A DNA stretch of 64,000 bases from Batkoa obscura (Eukaryota): positions 992,001 to 1,056,000 of the forward strand of contig JASVEC010000010.1 of the NCBI GenBank assembly GCA_030770535.1, given 5' to 3'. Under the pieces are notes generated by a model, which searched no databases, was not told the DNA's origin, and saw nothing but the letters and a program-made list of their open reading frames with translations. Both the position numbers and the translations under genes were made by a program. Of this stretch, positions 13,865-27,823 are shown piece after piece (within the stretch, counting starts at the first letter, position 1; every line of letters starts with the position of its first letter).

Positions 13865-15694
13865 ATGTTTTTTTCCGACGCTATCAATAAACCACATACT
13901 GGTAAAGTGCCAGCCCCTTATCAAGCTGTTATATTTTCAGAAGATGAGTACAAGTAATTAAATCAAAGATCAATATATCTCTCATCCTCATTATCATAGA
14001 TCCAAAATAAGTGCTCTTACAAGGGGTGTACCATCAACTTTATTACCAATAGCTAATCAGCCTGCTTTGCACTATATTTTAAACTGGTTGGAAAAAGGAA
14101 ATATAAAAGGTCAGTCTAAAATTTTGAACTAATTTAGTTTAACATTATTTTGTTTACAATAGAGGTCATACTCGTACTATCACCTAGTGCCAACTTACAA
14201 GCAGAAGCCCAATTGACCCACTATTTAACAAAAGTTTACCAAGGACCTGTAAAAGTAGAATTATACCCGGTTGACGTCAGTGTTAAATCAGTCCAAGCAT
14301 TATCAATGTTAAAGCATAAGATCAATGTAAGTAAAGTTATAAGTAGTTTATGGTATATGCCTATTTATTCATTATAAACTTAAATACCTTTTAGGGTAAC
14401 TTTTTGGTGTTTGGAACTAGTTTTATTTGTGATGTACCATTGACCAATATTTTAAATGAACATTCTAAAAGATTACCATTAATGACTTCATACTTTTATG
14501 AAAATAGTAAGATCGAGTCAAATAGTAGTGAACATGGTAAGTTATTTCAATATTGTTATTGCTGTAGTTTATCTATTTAGTTCATCCAAATATAATTGGT
14601 ATTGAACCAAACTTAGGACTTTGGGTATATAATAAGAAGCATAGCAGTGAGGATGATCTAACAATTAAGATGTCCTTATTGAATAAGTAATACTATATAC
14701 TATTTTAAGAAATTACTAAATGAAGTAGATATCCAAGGGTTAATTTTTACAAAAACTTATACAACTCAGATTTATATATCTTCTCGCCTTGGATCCTAGA
14801 TTTTATTTCGAATAATAATTCGTTAACTACTATCTGCGATGATTTGATACCGCTATTAGTTAAATTACAATCAAGAAACAATTTGAATGCATATGATGAT
14901 TTAATTAAATGTATGTTTATAAGTTTAATTGTTTTTATTTAGTAATGTTGTTTAGGTATTTCAAGCAAGCCCCCATTATTAGATCCATTAGTCAATCAAT
15001 ATATCACTTCATCTGGAAAGAATAGTGAATATGTTGCACAAAGCGAGGATAAAATTAATTGTAATATTATAACACAAAAAACAGGGATCCATGGCAAATT
15101 GGATAGCATACCTTCTTATTTTGATTTGAATAGACAGGTAACTAAAAAGATAGTTTTTATAGACGGGTTTCCTAACTCTTTTTCTTAGTTTGCTAAGTTC
15201 TTATCTCCAGAAGAAAGAATACCAGGATCTGTTGAAAAGGAAACTACTGCACAAGTAAACAAGAATAGTAATGTTGATTTTATGTATTGATTCAGATTTA
15301 GATTGGACCAGACTCTGTGGTAGGCACCGGAACTAAATTAAGTGAGCGTACTTCAATTAAAAAATCCATTATTGGCGCGCATTGCACTATTGGGAAACAA
15401 GTTAAAATTGCTAATACTATCATTATGGATCATGTAGTGATAGAAGATAAGTAAGTATTATGAAATTTAAATAATAGAGATATTTAGCTTCTAATACTTT
15501 ATTAGTGTGAAATTAGAAAATTGTATTGTTTGCTCAAATGCAGTGATTATGGAAAAAGCTAACCTTAAAGAGTGTGAGGTGTCCGCAGCTATTAAGGTGG
15601 AGAAAAATGGTAAATTTATTTTAGTTTTTTTGTTTATTTGTACGCTAATTTTACTTATTTAGTTGCTAAAAAGGGAGAAGCAATTATAGATTAA
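13865..15694 (+). CDS. GCD1: Translation initiation factor eIF2B gamma subunit (about 11 exons)
   Basis: NTP-transferase-like start (LLPIANQPALHYILNWLEK) and C-terminal left-handed beta-helix (IGPDSVVGTGTKLSERTSIKKSIIGAHCTIGKQVKIANTIIMDHVVIED); no W2 domain. Confidence 0.85.
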
Positions 15695-17121
15695 ATAAGT
15701 TAAAATATAGCTTTAATTTTTAATATCTGATTTTGAAATTTTAATTTTAATTTAAACTACAGACTTTATGTTATTTTTGGTTTCTATATTACAGAGTATT
15801 TTGAATTAAAATAAGCATGCTAATAGTCTCACAAAAAATATAAAATGATGTTCTGGTTTTAGTTTCAAAAAGCATAGGTAGAAACATTTTTTATGAAGAT
15901 ATAGTTATTTAAGAATCATAATAAATCATTGAATTTATGGACTGCTAACAGTGGACAGTTATCAAATAAAAGTTATTTTCTTCTTTTTTACTCAAATATA
16001 CTAAAGGTAATATCAATAACTAATTATAAAAATTGACATAGCTGCTATTTGAAAAGAGATAAAACTCAAGAGTTGCTTTCTGTTAGCATTACTAGCAAAT
16101 GGTACATTCAATTGATATACTTATCGTTTTTACAATAACAATTAAAATTTATCATCTTAACACAAATGCTACTATTTAAAGCCTTTTTGAGGTTTATTCT
16201 ATAAATGTTTAAGGCATTATTCTAATTTGTTTCATATTTATTGTTTATTAAAGATGGTTGTTAATTAATTTTGCTAAATGTATAATTTTAATATCAGATA
16301 TAGCACCAAAAAAATTATTCAAATGTAACAGCTTATAAATTTAAGTCTTAAAATAAATATTTGATTTAAACAAATGTTTCTAAATTCTGGGATATAGATT
16401 ATAACAAAATGAAAATAGGTTTAGTGTGATTCCAAGATGATGTTAAAAAATTAAAACCAATCATTAAAACCATTTTATAATTTAAATATCTTTATTTACT
16501 TTAAATGCTCATATGTATGTTAGATTCAACTACTAACTATTTATACTGCTGTAATTCTACAATTATAAGAAATCGAGGATTAATTTAAAGTGTTATGAAA
16601 ATTGAAATAATGATACTAAAATTGATTTTCCAAGATAAAATGATCTTATGCCTTTATAAAATACTTTTTACTGATGGTTATTATTTAAAGTCATGTAGTC
16701 CATTGACTTTGTTTTTTGTCTTTGCTTATACTCATATTCTTATAGCTTTAATATACAACCTCTTAGACATTGTATGAATATCATCACCTTCAAGCTCGTA
16801 AGAATGACTAGAAACTTTGTTATTATAGTAGCCGTTATTACTATCTAAAGGATTAATTGGTCTGATAATAATAGGACCAGTAATCATGCTTGGAGCCCTA
16901 TTATTTTTTATCTTGTATTTATATAATAAAGATATCAAAGTTGATATTGCTACAATAGCTCTATTAATTCCTTCAATTAACGAACTGTTATCAGTATCAT
17001 TATTTCTACTTATTTCTTATATTTATCTACTTTCATTTACATTATGAGAAGTCAAACAATATATGTAATTTAGTGACATCAGTGGGTAACGATGACAACT
17101 CTTTTAATCTCTTAAAAACAT

Positions 17122-17219
17122 GAGGATATGTTTTTTTGTTTAAGAATTTTACTACTAATTTTTCCGCTCAAATAGCGCTTAAAAAATGGAAAAAGTATGA
17201 AGCCAAAAAAAACATCCCC
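17122..17219 (-). mobile_element. MITE family A copy
   Basis: GAGGATAT...ACATCCCC; flanks ACAT/ATAT. Confidence 0.9.
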
Positions 17220-18199
17220 ATATAATTTATTACTTTTAACGAATTATAATTTTATACTACCTTTTTCTAATTGATGAATTGTCTTCATTTCTTTAGTTTG
17301 GATATTAAAGGATACTATTTCTGTTAGTATACCTGGTAAATATATAAACGACTCAACAAAACAAAACTTATTCAAAATACTCTCATCTTCTAAATAATCA
17401 TAGTCTTGATGATATTTGTATTATTTTTCTTTAAAAAGCCATAAGTTAATTAATAAAGTTCTTTGATGAAATATCCATTACACCATTCCTTATTTTCTAT
17501 GTCTAAAATCCTAAGTGTGAATGTGATTTTGAATTCATTATTGTGGAAATCTAATAAGGTTTTATTTCTAATACAAAAAGATTTAGCAGACTAATAAATA
17601 TCTTTTACTGAGGATTGATCATATTCCATATGTCCCGCTCCGCAGCATTGACAAATGGTTTTATTCCTTTTTAAATTTAACACAAACAATTGTCCTTTAT
17701 TATCCCTTTTTTCTATATAATATCTTACATTTTGAAATTTGTCCACTAGTATACGTTATAGTTCCTGTTTCTACCTTATATTAGAACTATCTAAATTATT
17801 CATTTCGTTTTAGTATGGTTAGGTTTAAAATTAAATTAAATTGAAATATGGGTTTTGATTGGATAACCTTGGAAATTTTTGATAAAAAATCGATTTTATA
17901 ATGGAATAAAATCTGCTAGTGAATATTTAGAAAACTTACCCTTAACCTAACACTGACATCAATATTAATCAACGTGTTTAAATAAAAATATCAAAGAGCT
18001 TTAGGTTGTGTGCTAAAAATTTGTTATTAGTTTTATTTTATGCAAGGCAAGGCAATTTTTAAGAACTCAATTTTTCTCTGATACTATAATATCCCAACTT
18101 ACTGTTATAATACTGATATTATAAAGTCTGATATTATGAATTTTAATTTTGGATTTATTTTCGTATTAAAATAACTAATAGAAATTATAATAGATAACT

Positions 18200-20502
18200 T
18201 TATCTATAGAAGCTTTCAAAAATGGGGAGAAATTCTTCTTTCACTGCTTTACGTTTGATTTTAAAGCTAGAATAATATTAGTTTAATATCTATCTTATTA
18301 TTATTATTATGTAGCTTACGTATCATTTAAAAGTCCATTTTCTAGAGTGAATGGAGTAGGGTGAATATGAATATACTTAGGGATTTCAAATCTAAAGTAC
18401 TTAGTATAAAATAATAGACATAAAATAATAAGTACCTAGCAAAACCAGCTTTCTCACAATTACTTTTTATCTCTTCTAGCAATAGATCGTTTAATTTACT
18501 ATTCTTACATGCAGCTTCAAAAGTTAAATCTAACTTATCTAACTTATCTAACTTCTGTTGAGCCCATTTCAAATAGTTCTTTCCATCTGGTATAATTAAT
18601 GCTACGACATAAGAATCAGTTGGTTGACAATATATGAAAGATTGGAAAATCAAAGGATTGTAGTTTATTGTTTTTTCTATCCTCTCAGGAGCAACATGAA
18701 AGCCTAAAAATCGAATCAATACTCATATTTATAAGTCATAAAAATAACTACCGTCATTCAATTTAAGCATATTGGACTTTCTATCGATAACATATAGTCT
18801 TCCTTTTTCATCTATCATACCAACATCCCCTGTTAAGAACCAACCATCTTGAGTGAATGCTTCTTTTGTAGTTTTTTCATTTTTGAAATACCCTTTAAAT
18901 ACATTTGGTCCTTTAACACAAATTTCACCACGAGGATATGGTTTATCGCTACTTAAGTATCCTTTGTCTGATAAATCAACTAATTTGACTTGAACGCTTG
19001 AAAATCTTATTAGTAAACAAGAATAGAATTTATTATAATTACTTGGTCAAAGGTGCTCCTACGCTCCCAGAGCCATCATCGTGTGGTCCAGTCATTGAAA
19101 TACCAAGAGCTTCAGTTGAGCCATAACCTAAAGCAATAAGCCTCAGTAATATAATAACAAAATTTAAGTTACCTTCTATAATAACAGCTGATAATGTTAC
19201 TCTTAAGATATCTAAAACTTCTGATGGAATAGGAGCTGATCCAACAATTAATAAAGTGACTTTCCCACCTAAAGATTCCCGGAATTTTTCAAAAAGATGA
19301 TCATATTTGTCTGATTTAACACCTTTTCCTGCTTTCATATCAATAATTTTTTGTTGAATAGCTTCTTTTATTAAAGTTGAATTTGGGTCAGTTGAATTAC
19401 AGGCTGTCTCTACAGAGCTATAAATTGACAATAGCATCTTAGGTACTGTAGCTAACTTGGTAGGTTGAAGTTTTTGAATATCATCACCAAAGTTTAACAT
19501 GCTGCCAGAATTAAATCCAACTCTTCCATGACAAAAAATAGTACTTATTATATTTGCCCTTTCATAAGTATGTGCTAAAGGCATATAAGAATAACTAGTA
19601 ACTGAATCTAAATCCTCAAACCCATTGTTTTTAGCATAAAAAGAGTCTAAATAATTTGAGTAAGTACACATCGCTCCCTTGGGCAATCCAGTTGTACCTG
19701 AAGTATAAGCTATAACATAAATAGAATCTGGTTTAGGAGGGTTAGGGGTAACTGTGTTAGCTTTGCCTAAAGATTCCACTTCGTTGAAAAAAGTTAATTC
19801 AATATTCTTACTGCCAACCCAATTTGTCAAAGTGCTTTTATCATCATTACTAGCAATTTCATCAAAACAGATCAATAACTTAATTTGATGTAAATCAATA
19901 TTATTTTGTTGTAAAAATAGTAAATTCCGCTTATTTAAAATGAGGATCTCAATTTCAGAATGACTCAATATATGCTCTAACCTTTCTTTTCCATAAGTAT
20001 CATATATTCCAACTGTTGTATAGCCTCTAAAACATATAGCTAGTTCACTTACTACCCATTCACTACGATTATTTGAGTAAAGCCCTACTGTTTTTATTCC
20101 TTTGTTGGAATATAAACTGTATTTCTTTACCAAATATTCCAACCCACTTGAAACATTATTGACTCTTTCAAGCACCTCTTTATAACTTTGAAAATGATAG
20201 TCACCCAGTTTATCACCTTGCTTTTCTCTAGTTCCAAGGAAATCATTATTTGGTACTTTTTGACATGCTATTTATATTGTTATTTAGTATTCTGATATGT
20301 TTTTAGTTTAGCTTACTTTCTGTAAATAAGCTATATATTGTTTTATTATGTGCTTTACTATCAACTTGTTTATCAGAATTTATATTCATATAAATGCCTA
20401 ACTAAAAGTTAATATTTCATATAGATAAGATATTACTTCATTACCAGTCTGACCCGGCTTTCTAGTATTTGGTAATTCACGAGCAAGAATTTTAATTGCC
20501 AT
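18200..20502 (-). CDS. Long-chain fatty acyl-CoA synthetase, copy 1 (8 exons)
   Basis: YTSGTTGLPKG, YMPLAHTYER, GYGSTE, PRGEICVKGPNVFKGY, DGWFLTGDVG. Confidence 0.93.
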
Positions 20503-21107
20503 TTATAAGAAGAGTGTGATTAAGTTAATTGCTTCCTTTTTATACTTTTTACGCATCCATTGTAAGTTTTTGCATCATTTTTACAACTCCTTTAAACTTT
20601 CTTTTTAAATCTCTAAATTAAGTTGATTGTCTATTGTCTATTAACTACTATCTATTTAACATTCGTTAATTTACAAATATGGTAGAACTCTTATTTTTTT
20701 ATCCAATAGTTACTTTCAACAACAGTCAGAATTTTTTCGGTACATTTGGTTCCAAAGTTTATCCTATTTTTGCTGCATTAATTGATCATTATATTTTTTT
20801 TTTAATAAATGCCACTTTTAGCATTGTAAGTGTATTTATTTTTAAAATATTAGAATATCACTGGAACATTAAAAATAAATTATAAATGTTAATAATTATG
20901 AAAATAACAAGATAATCAAAGCAATGGTTATTACTAATAATATAGAAAATCAAAATATTTGATTTAGATCAAGAAACTGATTAATAATAGGCATATAACT
21001 TACCATTATTAATGTTTACAAATATTAGATATAATGAAGGCATTTTTATCATTATAGCTGCAAAGGTACACACCTAATATTTAGCACTATAAATTTAAAA
21101 ACTATAC

Positions 21108-21202
21108 GGGAATGATTTTTTTGGTTTCATTACTTTTTCCACCTTTTAAGCGCTATTTGAGCGGAAACATTGTTAGTAGAATTCTTGAAAAAGTATATCC
21201 CT
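21108..21202 (+). mobile_element. MITE family A copy
   Basis: GGGAATGA...ATATCCCT with family core; flanks ATAC/ATAT. Confidence 0.85.
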
Positions 21203-21272
21203 ATATTACACATGACTATTTTAAAAAATACATACAAATCTAATATTAAATTTCTATAACAAATAGCTGAAT

Positions 21273-23577
21273 TTATTTGTAAAAACTTTCAAAAATGGGG
21301 AGAAATTCTTCTTTCACTGCTTTACGTTTGATTTTAAAGCTAGAATAATATTAGTTTAATATCTATCTTATTATTATTATTATGTAGCTTACGTATCATT
21401 TAAAAGTCCATTTTCTAGAGTGAATGGAGTAGGGTGAATATGAATATACTTAGGGATTTCAAATCTAAAGTACTTAGTATAAAATAACAGACATAAAATA
21501 ATAAGTACCTAGCAAAACCAGCTTTCTCACAATTACTTTTTATCTCTTCTAGCAATAGATCGTTTAGTTTACTATTCTTACATGCAGCTTCAAAAGTTAA
21601 ATCTAACTTATCTAACTTATCTAACTTCTGTTGAGCCCATTTCAAATAGTTCTTTCCATCTGGTATAATTAATGCTACGACATAAGAATCAGTTGGTTGA
21701 CAATATATAAAAGATTGGAAAATCAAAGGATTGTAGTTTATTGTTTTTTCTATCCTCTCAGGAGCAACATGAAAGCCTAAAAATCGAATCAATACTCATA
21801 TTTATAAGTCATAAAAATAACTACCGTCATTCAATTTAAGCATATTGGACTTTCTATCGATAACATATAGTCTTCCTTTTTCATCTATCATACCAACATC
21901 CCCTGTTAAGAACCAACCATCTTGAGTGAATGCTTCTTTTGTAGTTTTTTCATTTTTGAAATACCCTTTAAATACATTTGGTCCTTTAACACAAATTTCA
22001 CCACGAGGATATGGTTTATCGCTACTTAAGTATCCTTTGTCTGGTAAATCAACTAATTTGACTTGAACGCTTGAAAAATAATTAGTGAACACAAGTATTT
22101 TTATTCATGATTACTTAATAAAAGGAGCTCCTACGCTCCCAGAGTCATAATCATGTCGGTCTGTAAAAGAAAAAATGAAAGCTTCAGTTGAGCCATAACC
22201 TAAAATAATTAGTACTGAAATTATATTATTAAAACATGAATACCTTCTATAATAACAGCTGATAATGCTACTCTTAAGATATCTAAAACTTCTGATGGAA
22301 TAGGAGCTGATCCAACAATTAATAAAGTGACTTTCCCACCTAAAGATTCCCGGAATTTTTCAAAAAGATGATCATATTTGTCTGATTTAACACCTTTTCC
22401 TGCTTTCATATCAACAATTTTTTGTTGAATAGCTTCTTTTAGTAAAGTTGAATTTGAGTCAGTTGAATTACAGGCTGTCTCTACAGAGCTATAAATTGAC
22501 AATAACATCTTAGGTACTGTAGCTAACTTGGTAGGTTGAAGTTTTTGAATGTCATCACCAAAGTTTAACATACTGCCAGAATTAAATCCAACTCTTCCAT
22601 GACAAAAAATAGTACTTATTGTATTTGCCCTTTCATAAGTATGTGCTAAAGGCATATAAGAATAACTAGTAGCTGGATCTAAATCTCTATACTCATCAGC
22701 TCTAACATAAGGAGATGTCAAATAGTTTGAGTGAGTGGACATTACTCCTTTAGGCAATCCAGTTGTACCTGAAGTATAAGCTATAGTATAAATAGAATCT
22801 GATTTAGGAGGGTTAGGGGTAACTGTGTTAGCTTTGCCTAAAGATTCCACTTCGTTAAAAAAAGTTAATTTAATATCCTTACTGCCAACCCAATTTGTCA
22901 AAGTGCTTTTATCATCATTACTAGCAATTTCATCAAAACAAATCAATAACTTAATTTGATGTAAATCAATATTATTTTGTTGTAAAAATAGTAAATTCCG
23001 CTTATTTAAAATGAGGATCTCAATTTCAGAATGACTCAATATATGCTCTAACCTTTCTTTTCCATAAGTATCATATATTCCAACTGTTGTATAGCCTCTA
23101 AAACATATAGCTAGCTCACTTACTACCCATTCACTACGATTATTTGAGTAAAGCCCTACTGTTTTTATTCCTTTGTTGGAATATAAACTGTATTTCTTTA
23201 CCAAATATTCCAACCCACTTGAAACATTATTGACTCTTTCAAGCACCTCTTTATAACTTTGAAAATGATAGTCACCCAGTTTATCACCTTGCTTTTCTCT
23301 AGTTCCAAGGAAATCATTATTTGGTACCTTTTGACATGCTATTTAGTATCATTTTGTTTAGTATTAATGTAATATACTTATATATAATTTACTTTCTATA
23401 AATAACTCATAAATAGTCTCAGGATAAGATTTATCATTTATTAGTTTATTAGAATCTACATTCATATAAATCCCTATCTGAGAGTTAATATTTGATACAG
23501 ATAGGGTATTTTCCATTACCAGTTTGACCCGGTTTTTTTGTACCAGGCATTTCATGAGCAAAAACTTTGATTGTCAT
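21273..23577 (-). CDS. Long-chain fatty acyl-CoA synthetase, copy 2
   Basis: Same motifs and exon structure as copy 1; ATG at 23577. Confidence 0.93.
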
Positions 23578-23915
23578 TTATAAAATATATATCATCAACT
23601 CGGTTGACTTCTTTTTATACTTTTTATACTCTTTATACATTTGACATAAATTTTCATACCACCATCCTAGCCCTTTTAAACCTGTTTTTATATACCTATA
23701 TTAGGTTGGTTTCTCATTAATATTTCATTCATCAGTATCTAATAATTGTAAAGGAAGAATAAAATGTGACTCTTATTACTTCAATTTAAGAGTTAATTTC
23801 TTCAGTAGTAACTGAACTTTTAAAATTTAGTATTTTATTTTTTGTTTATTCTTGCTATCTATAGTTAAATAATTTGTTATTCTTTTATATATGCGATTTT
23901 TGTTTTTGTACATAT

Positions 23916-24014
23916 GGGGATGTATTTTCGTATTCAAGAATTTACTAACAATTTTTCCGCTTAAATAGCGCTTAAAAATGGAAAAAATAATGAAGTCAAA
24001 AAAAACACTCCCCT
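23916..24014 (-). mobile_element. MITE family A copy
   Basis: GGGGATGT...ACACTCCCCT; TSD ATAT/ATAT. Confidence 0.9.
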
Positions 24015-24666
24015 ATATTTGTAGAAAATAAAATTTTTAATAATAATGAAAAAAAGAAAAAGGAAAAATTCAAAAAGATGCAATAAAAATACGTTTGTAA
24101 AAAACAAATGTGAGTGATAGATAATCACCTTTTTGATATATACTTTGACTAATATTGTGATAAGCAAAAGTGAGGTTGTATTAGGCTTTTTTGTAATTCA
24201 AAATATTAGTAAAGCTCAGAAAAATAATCAATGTACTTACTTTTGCTAGTCGTTATATACAGTACCTGTAAAAATTGTGAGCTTATGGTAAACTATATAA
24301 TAAATATGGGTAAAAGAAGTATAGAATTTATAATACCCTGTAATTGTTTTTTTACCTGATGTAATAAATATATTTAATTTACAACTATAAAACCACTTTA
24401 TTAATAATCAAAGTACTTTCAATGAAATATTAATTGTGATGACACGAAATTCCAAAGAGTATTTTTACCTGAAAATAACTATTTAAACATCAAACATAAT
24501 TAGTGTTGCAATTAGTAACCACATTGTTTTTTGGACAAAAACTACAATGACCTATCAAATGATATCATGTTTCAATTGAATCAGATTGAGTTTTATAATG
24601 TTAAGTATTCACTATTTCTTTTACTTTCATTAGTAAAGCATTAGACATATATTGATATTTTTCTAT

Positions 24667-24763
24667 GTAAATACATTTTTGTGTTTAAGAATTTCACTAC
24701 CAATTTTTATGCTTAAATAACCCTTAAAAGATGGAAAAAGTAATGAAGTCAAAGAATGTCTCT
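24667..24763 (-). mobile_element. MITE family A copy (degenerate ends)
   Basis: Core TTTGTGTTTAAGAATTTCACTAC...GATGGAAAAAGTAATGAAGTC. Confidence 0.75.
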
Positions 24764-24782
24764 ATATCTTAAATAGCTAAAT

Positions 24783-27088
24783 TTATTTGTAAAAACTTTC
24801 AAAAATGGGGAGAAATTCTTCTTTCACTGCTTTACGTTTGATTTTAAAGCTAGAATAATATTAGTTTAATATCTATCTTATTATTATTATTATGTAGCTT
24901 ACGTATCATTTAAAAGTCCATTTTCTAGAGTGAATGGAGTAGGGTGAATATGAATATACTTAGGGATTTCAAATCTAAAGTACTTAGTATAAAATAATAG
25001 ACATAAAATAATAAGTACCTAGCAAAACCAGCTTTCTCACAATTACTTTTTATCTCTTCTAGCAATAGATCGTTTAATTTACTATTCTTACATGCAGCTT
25101 CAAAAGTTAAATCTAACTTATCTAACTTATCTAACTTCTGTTGAGCCCATTTCAAATAGTTCTTTCCATCTGGTATAATTAATGCTACGACATAAGAATC
25201 AGTTGGTTGACAATATATAAAAGATTGGAAAATCAAAGGATTGTAGTTTATTGTTTTTTCTATCCTCTCAGGAGCAACATGAAAGCCTAAAAATCGAATC
25301 AATACTCATATTTATAAGTCATAAAAATAACTACCGTCATTCAATTTAAGCATATTGGACTTTCTATCGATAACATATAGTCTTCCTTTTTCATCTATCA
25401 TACCAACATCCCCTGTTAAGAACCAACCATCTTGAGTGAATGCTTCTTTTGTAGTTTTTTCATTTTTGAAATACCCTTTAAATACATTTGGTCCTTTAAC
25501 ACAAATTTCACCACGAGGATATGGTTTATCGCTACTTAAGTATCCTTTGTCTGGTAAATCAATTAATTTGACTTGAACGCTTGAAAATCTTATTAGTAAA
25601 CAAGAATAGAATTTATTATAATTACTTGGTCAAAGGTGTTCCTACACTTCCACAGTTGGTATCATATTGGCCAGTCATTGAAATACCAAGAGCTTCAGTT
25701 GAGCCATAGACTAAAATAATAAGTATCAATATTATGCCACTAGAATTTGATTACCATCTACAACATTAACCGATAATGCTACTCTTAAGATATCTAAAAC
25801 TTCTGGTGAAATAGGAGCTGATCCAACAATTAATAAAGTGACTTTCCCACCTAAAGATTCCCGGAATTTTTCAAAAAGATGATCATATTTGTCTGATTTA
25901 ACACCTTTTCCTGCTTTCATATCAACAATTTTTTGTTGAATAGCTTCTTTTAGTAAAGTTGAATTTGAGTCAGTTGAATTACAGGCTGTCTCTACAGAGC
26001 TATAAATTGACAATAACATCTTAGGTACTGTAGCTAACTTGGTAGGTTGAAGTTTTTGAATGTCATCACCAAAGTTTAACATACTGCCAGAATTAAATCC
26101 AACTCTTCCATGACAAAAAATAGTACTTATTGTATTTGCCCTTTCATAAGTATGTGCTAAAGGCATATAAGAATAACTAGTAGCTGGATCTAAATCTCTA
26201 TACTCATCAGCTCTAACATAAGGAGATGTCAAATAGTTTGAGTGAGTGGACATTACTCCTTTAGGCAATCCAGTTGTACCTGAAGTATAAGATATAACAT
26301 AAATAGAATCTGGTTTGGGAGGGTTAGGGGTAACTGTGTTAGCTTTGCCTAAAGATTCCACTTCGTTGAAAAAAGTTAATTTAATATCCTTACTGTCAAC
26401 CCAATTTGTCAAAGTGCTTTTATCATCATTACTAGCAATTTCATCAAAACAAATCAATAACTTAATTTGATGTAAATCAATATTATTTTGTTGTAAAAAT
26501 AGTAAATTCCGCTTATTTAAAATGAGGATCTCAATTTCAGAATGACTCAATATATGCTCTAACCTTTCTTTTCCATAAGTATCATATATTCCAACTGTTG
26601 TATAGCCTCTAAAACATATAGCTAGCTCACTTACTACCCATTCACTACGATTATTTGAGTAAAGCCCTACTGTTTTTATTCCTTTGTTGGAATATAAACT
26701 GTATTTCTTTACCAAATATTCCAACCCACTTGAAACATTATTGACTCTTTCAAGCACCTCTTTATAACTTTGAAAATGATAGTCACCCAGTTTATCACCT
26801 TGCTTTTCTCTAGTTCCAAGGAAATCATTATTTGGTACCTTTTGACATGCTATTTAGTATCATTTTGTTTAGTATTAATGTAGTATACTTATATATAATT
26901 TACTTTCTATAAATAACTCATAAATAGTCTCAGGATAAGATTTATCATTTATTAGTTTATTAGAATCTACATTCATATAAATCCCTATCTGAGAGTTAAT
27001 ATTTGATACAGATAGGGTATTTTCCATTACCAGTTTGACCCGGTTTTTTTGTACCAGGCATTTCATGAGCAAAAACTTTGATTGTCAT
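24783..27088 (-). CDS. Long-chain fatty acyl-CoA synthetase, copy 3
   Basis: Same motifs and exon structure; ATG at 27088; A5 motif reads DVYGSTE. Confidence 0.93.
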
Positions 27089-27726
27089 TTATAAAATATA
27101 TATCATCAACTCGGTTGACTTCTTTTATACCTTTGAATGTTCTTTATATTTTTACAACTATCCGTCCTCCTTCAAACTTGCATTCCAAACATCCAAATTG
27201 TTCATTAATTAATTTGTTTATTACCATTGAACACATAAATAAAGTAAGGTTTTTATTACTTTAAGCCGACAGCTCTTAAAAGTAGTTGAGTTTATTTTTT
27301 GATAAACATATATGATCTTCAAGTTTTTCCTACCTTTTACTAACCAATTAATATTCAATCTTTCCTCTTTAAGGAATTCTATTTTTGGTATTATAAGTGC
27401 ATTCATCCTTGAGATAATAAAGTCTTACCGGAATGCTTATAGAGGCTTTAAATTGAAGCATTATTTTGTGAAATTTTGATTGTCAATGCTAGAACAAATT
27501 CCAACAAAGTAAAATTTAGTCAAAACAAAATATCATAAAGCGTGGCATTAATTAGCTTTATGTACAAAAATGTCTAAATTGGTTTCATTTTTATCTGATT
27601 TTTAAAGTTTAGGTTATAAATTAACTAATTAATAAATACTATCAAAAAAGGCTAATTTTTTAATTATTTGTATTTTGTAACTTTTAAATTTTTTATAAAT
27701 ATTTTTTTTGGTAAAAGGAACAATAT

Positions 27727-27823
27727 AGGGATGCATTTTCATGTTTAAGAACTTTACTAACAATTTTTCTGCCCAAACAGTGTTCAAAAGGTGGAAAAAG
27801 TAATGAAACCAAAAAAAACCCTC
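27727..27823 (-). mobile_element. MITE family A copy
   Basis: AGGGATGC...AACCCTC; TSD ATAT/ATAT. Confidence 0.85.

Noticed and set aside
18075..18140. Short CTGATATTAT-like repeats
   Set aside because: Only 3-4 degenerate units with no partner end found; cannot be assigned
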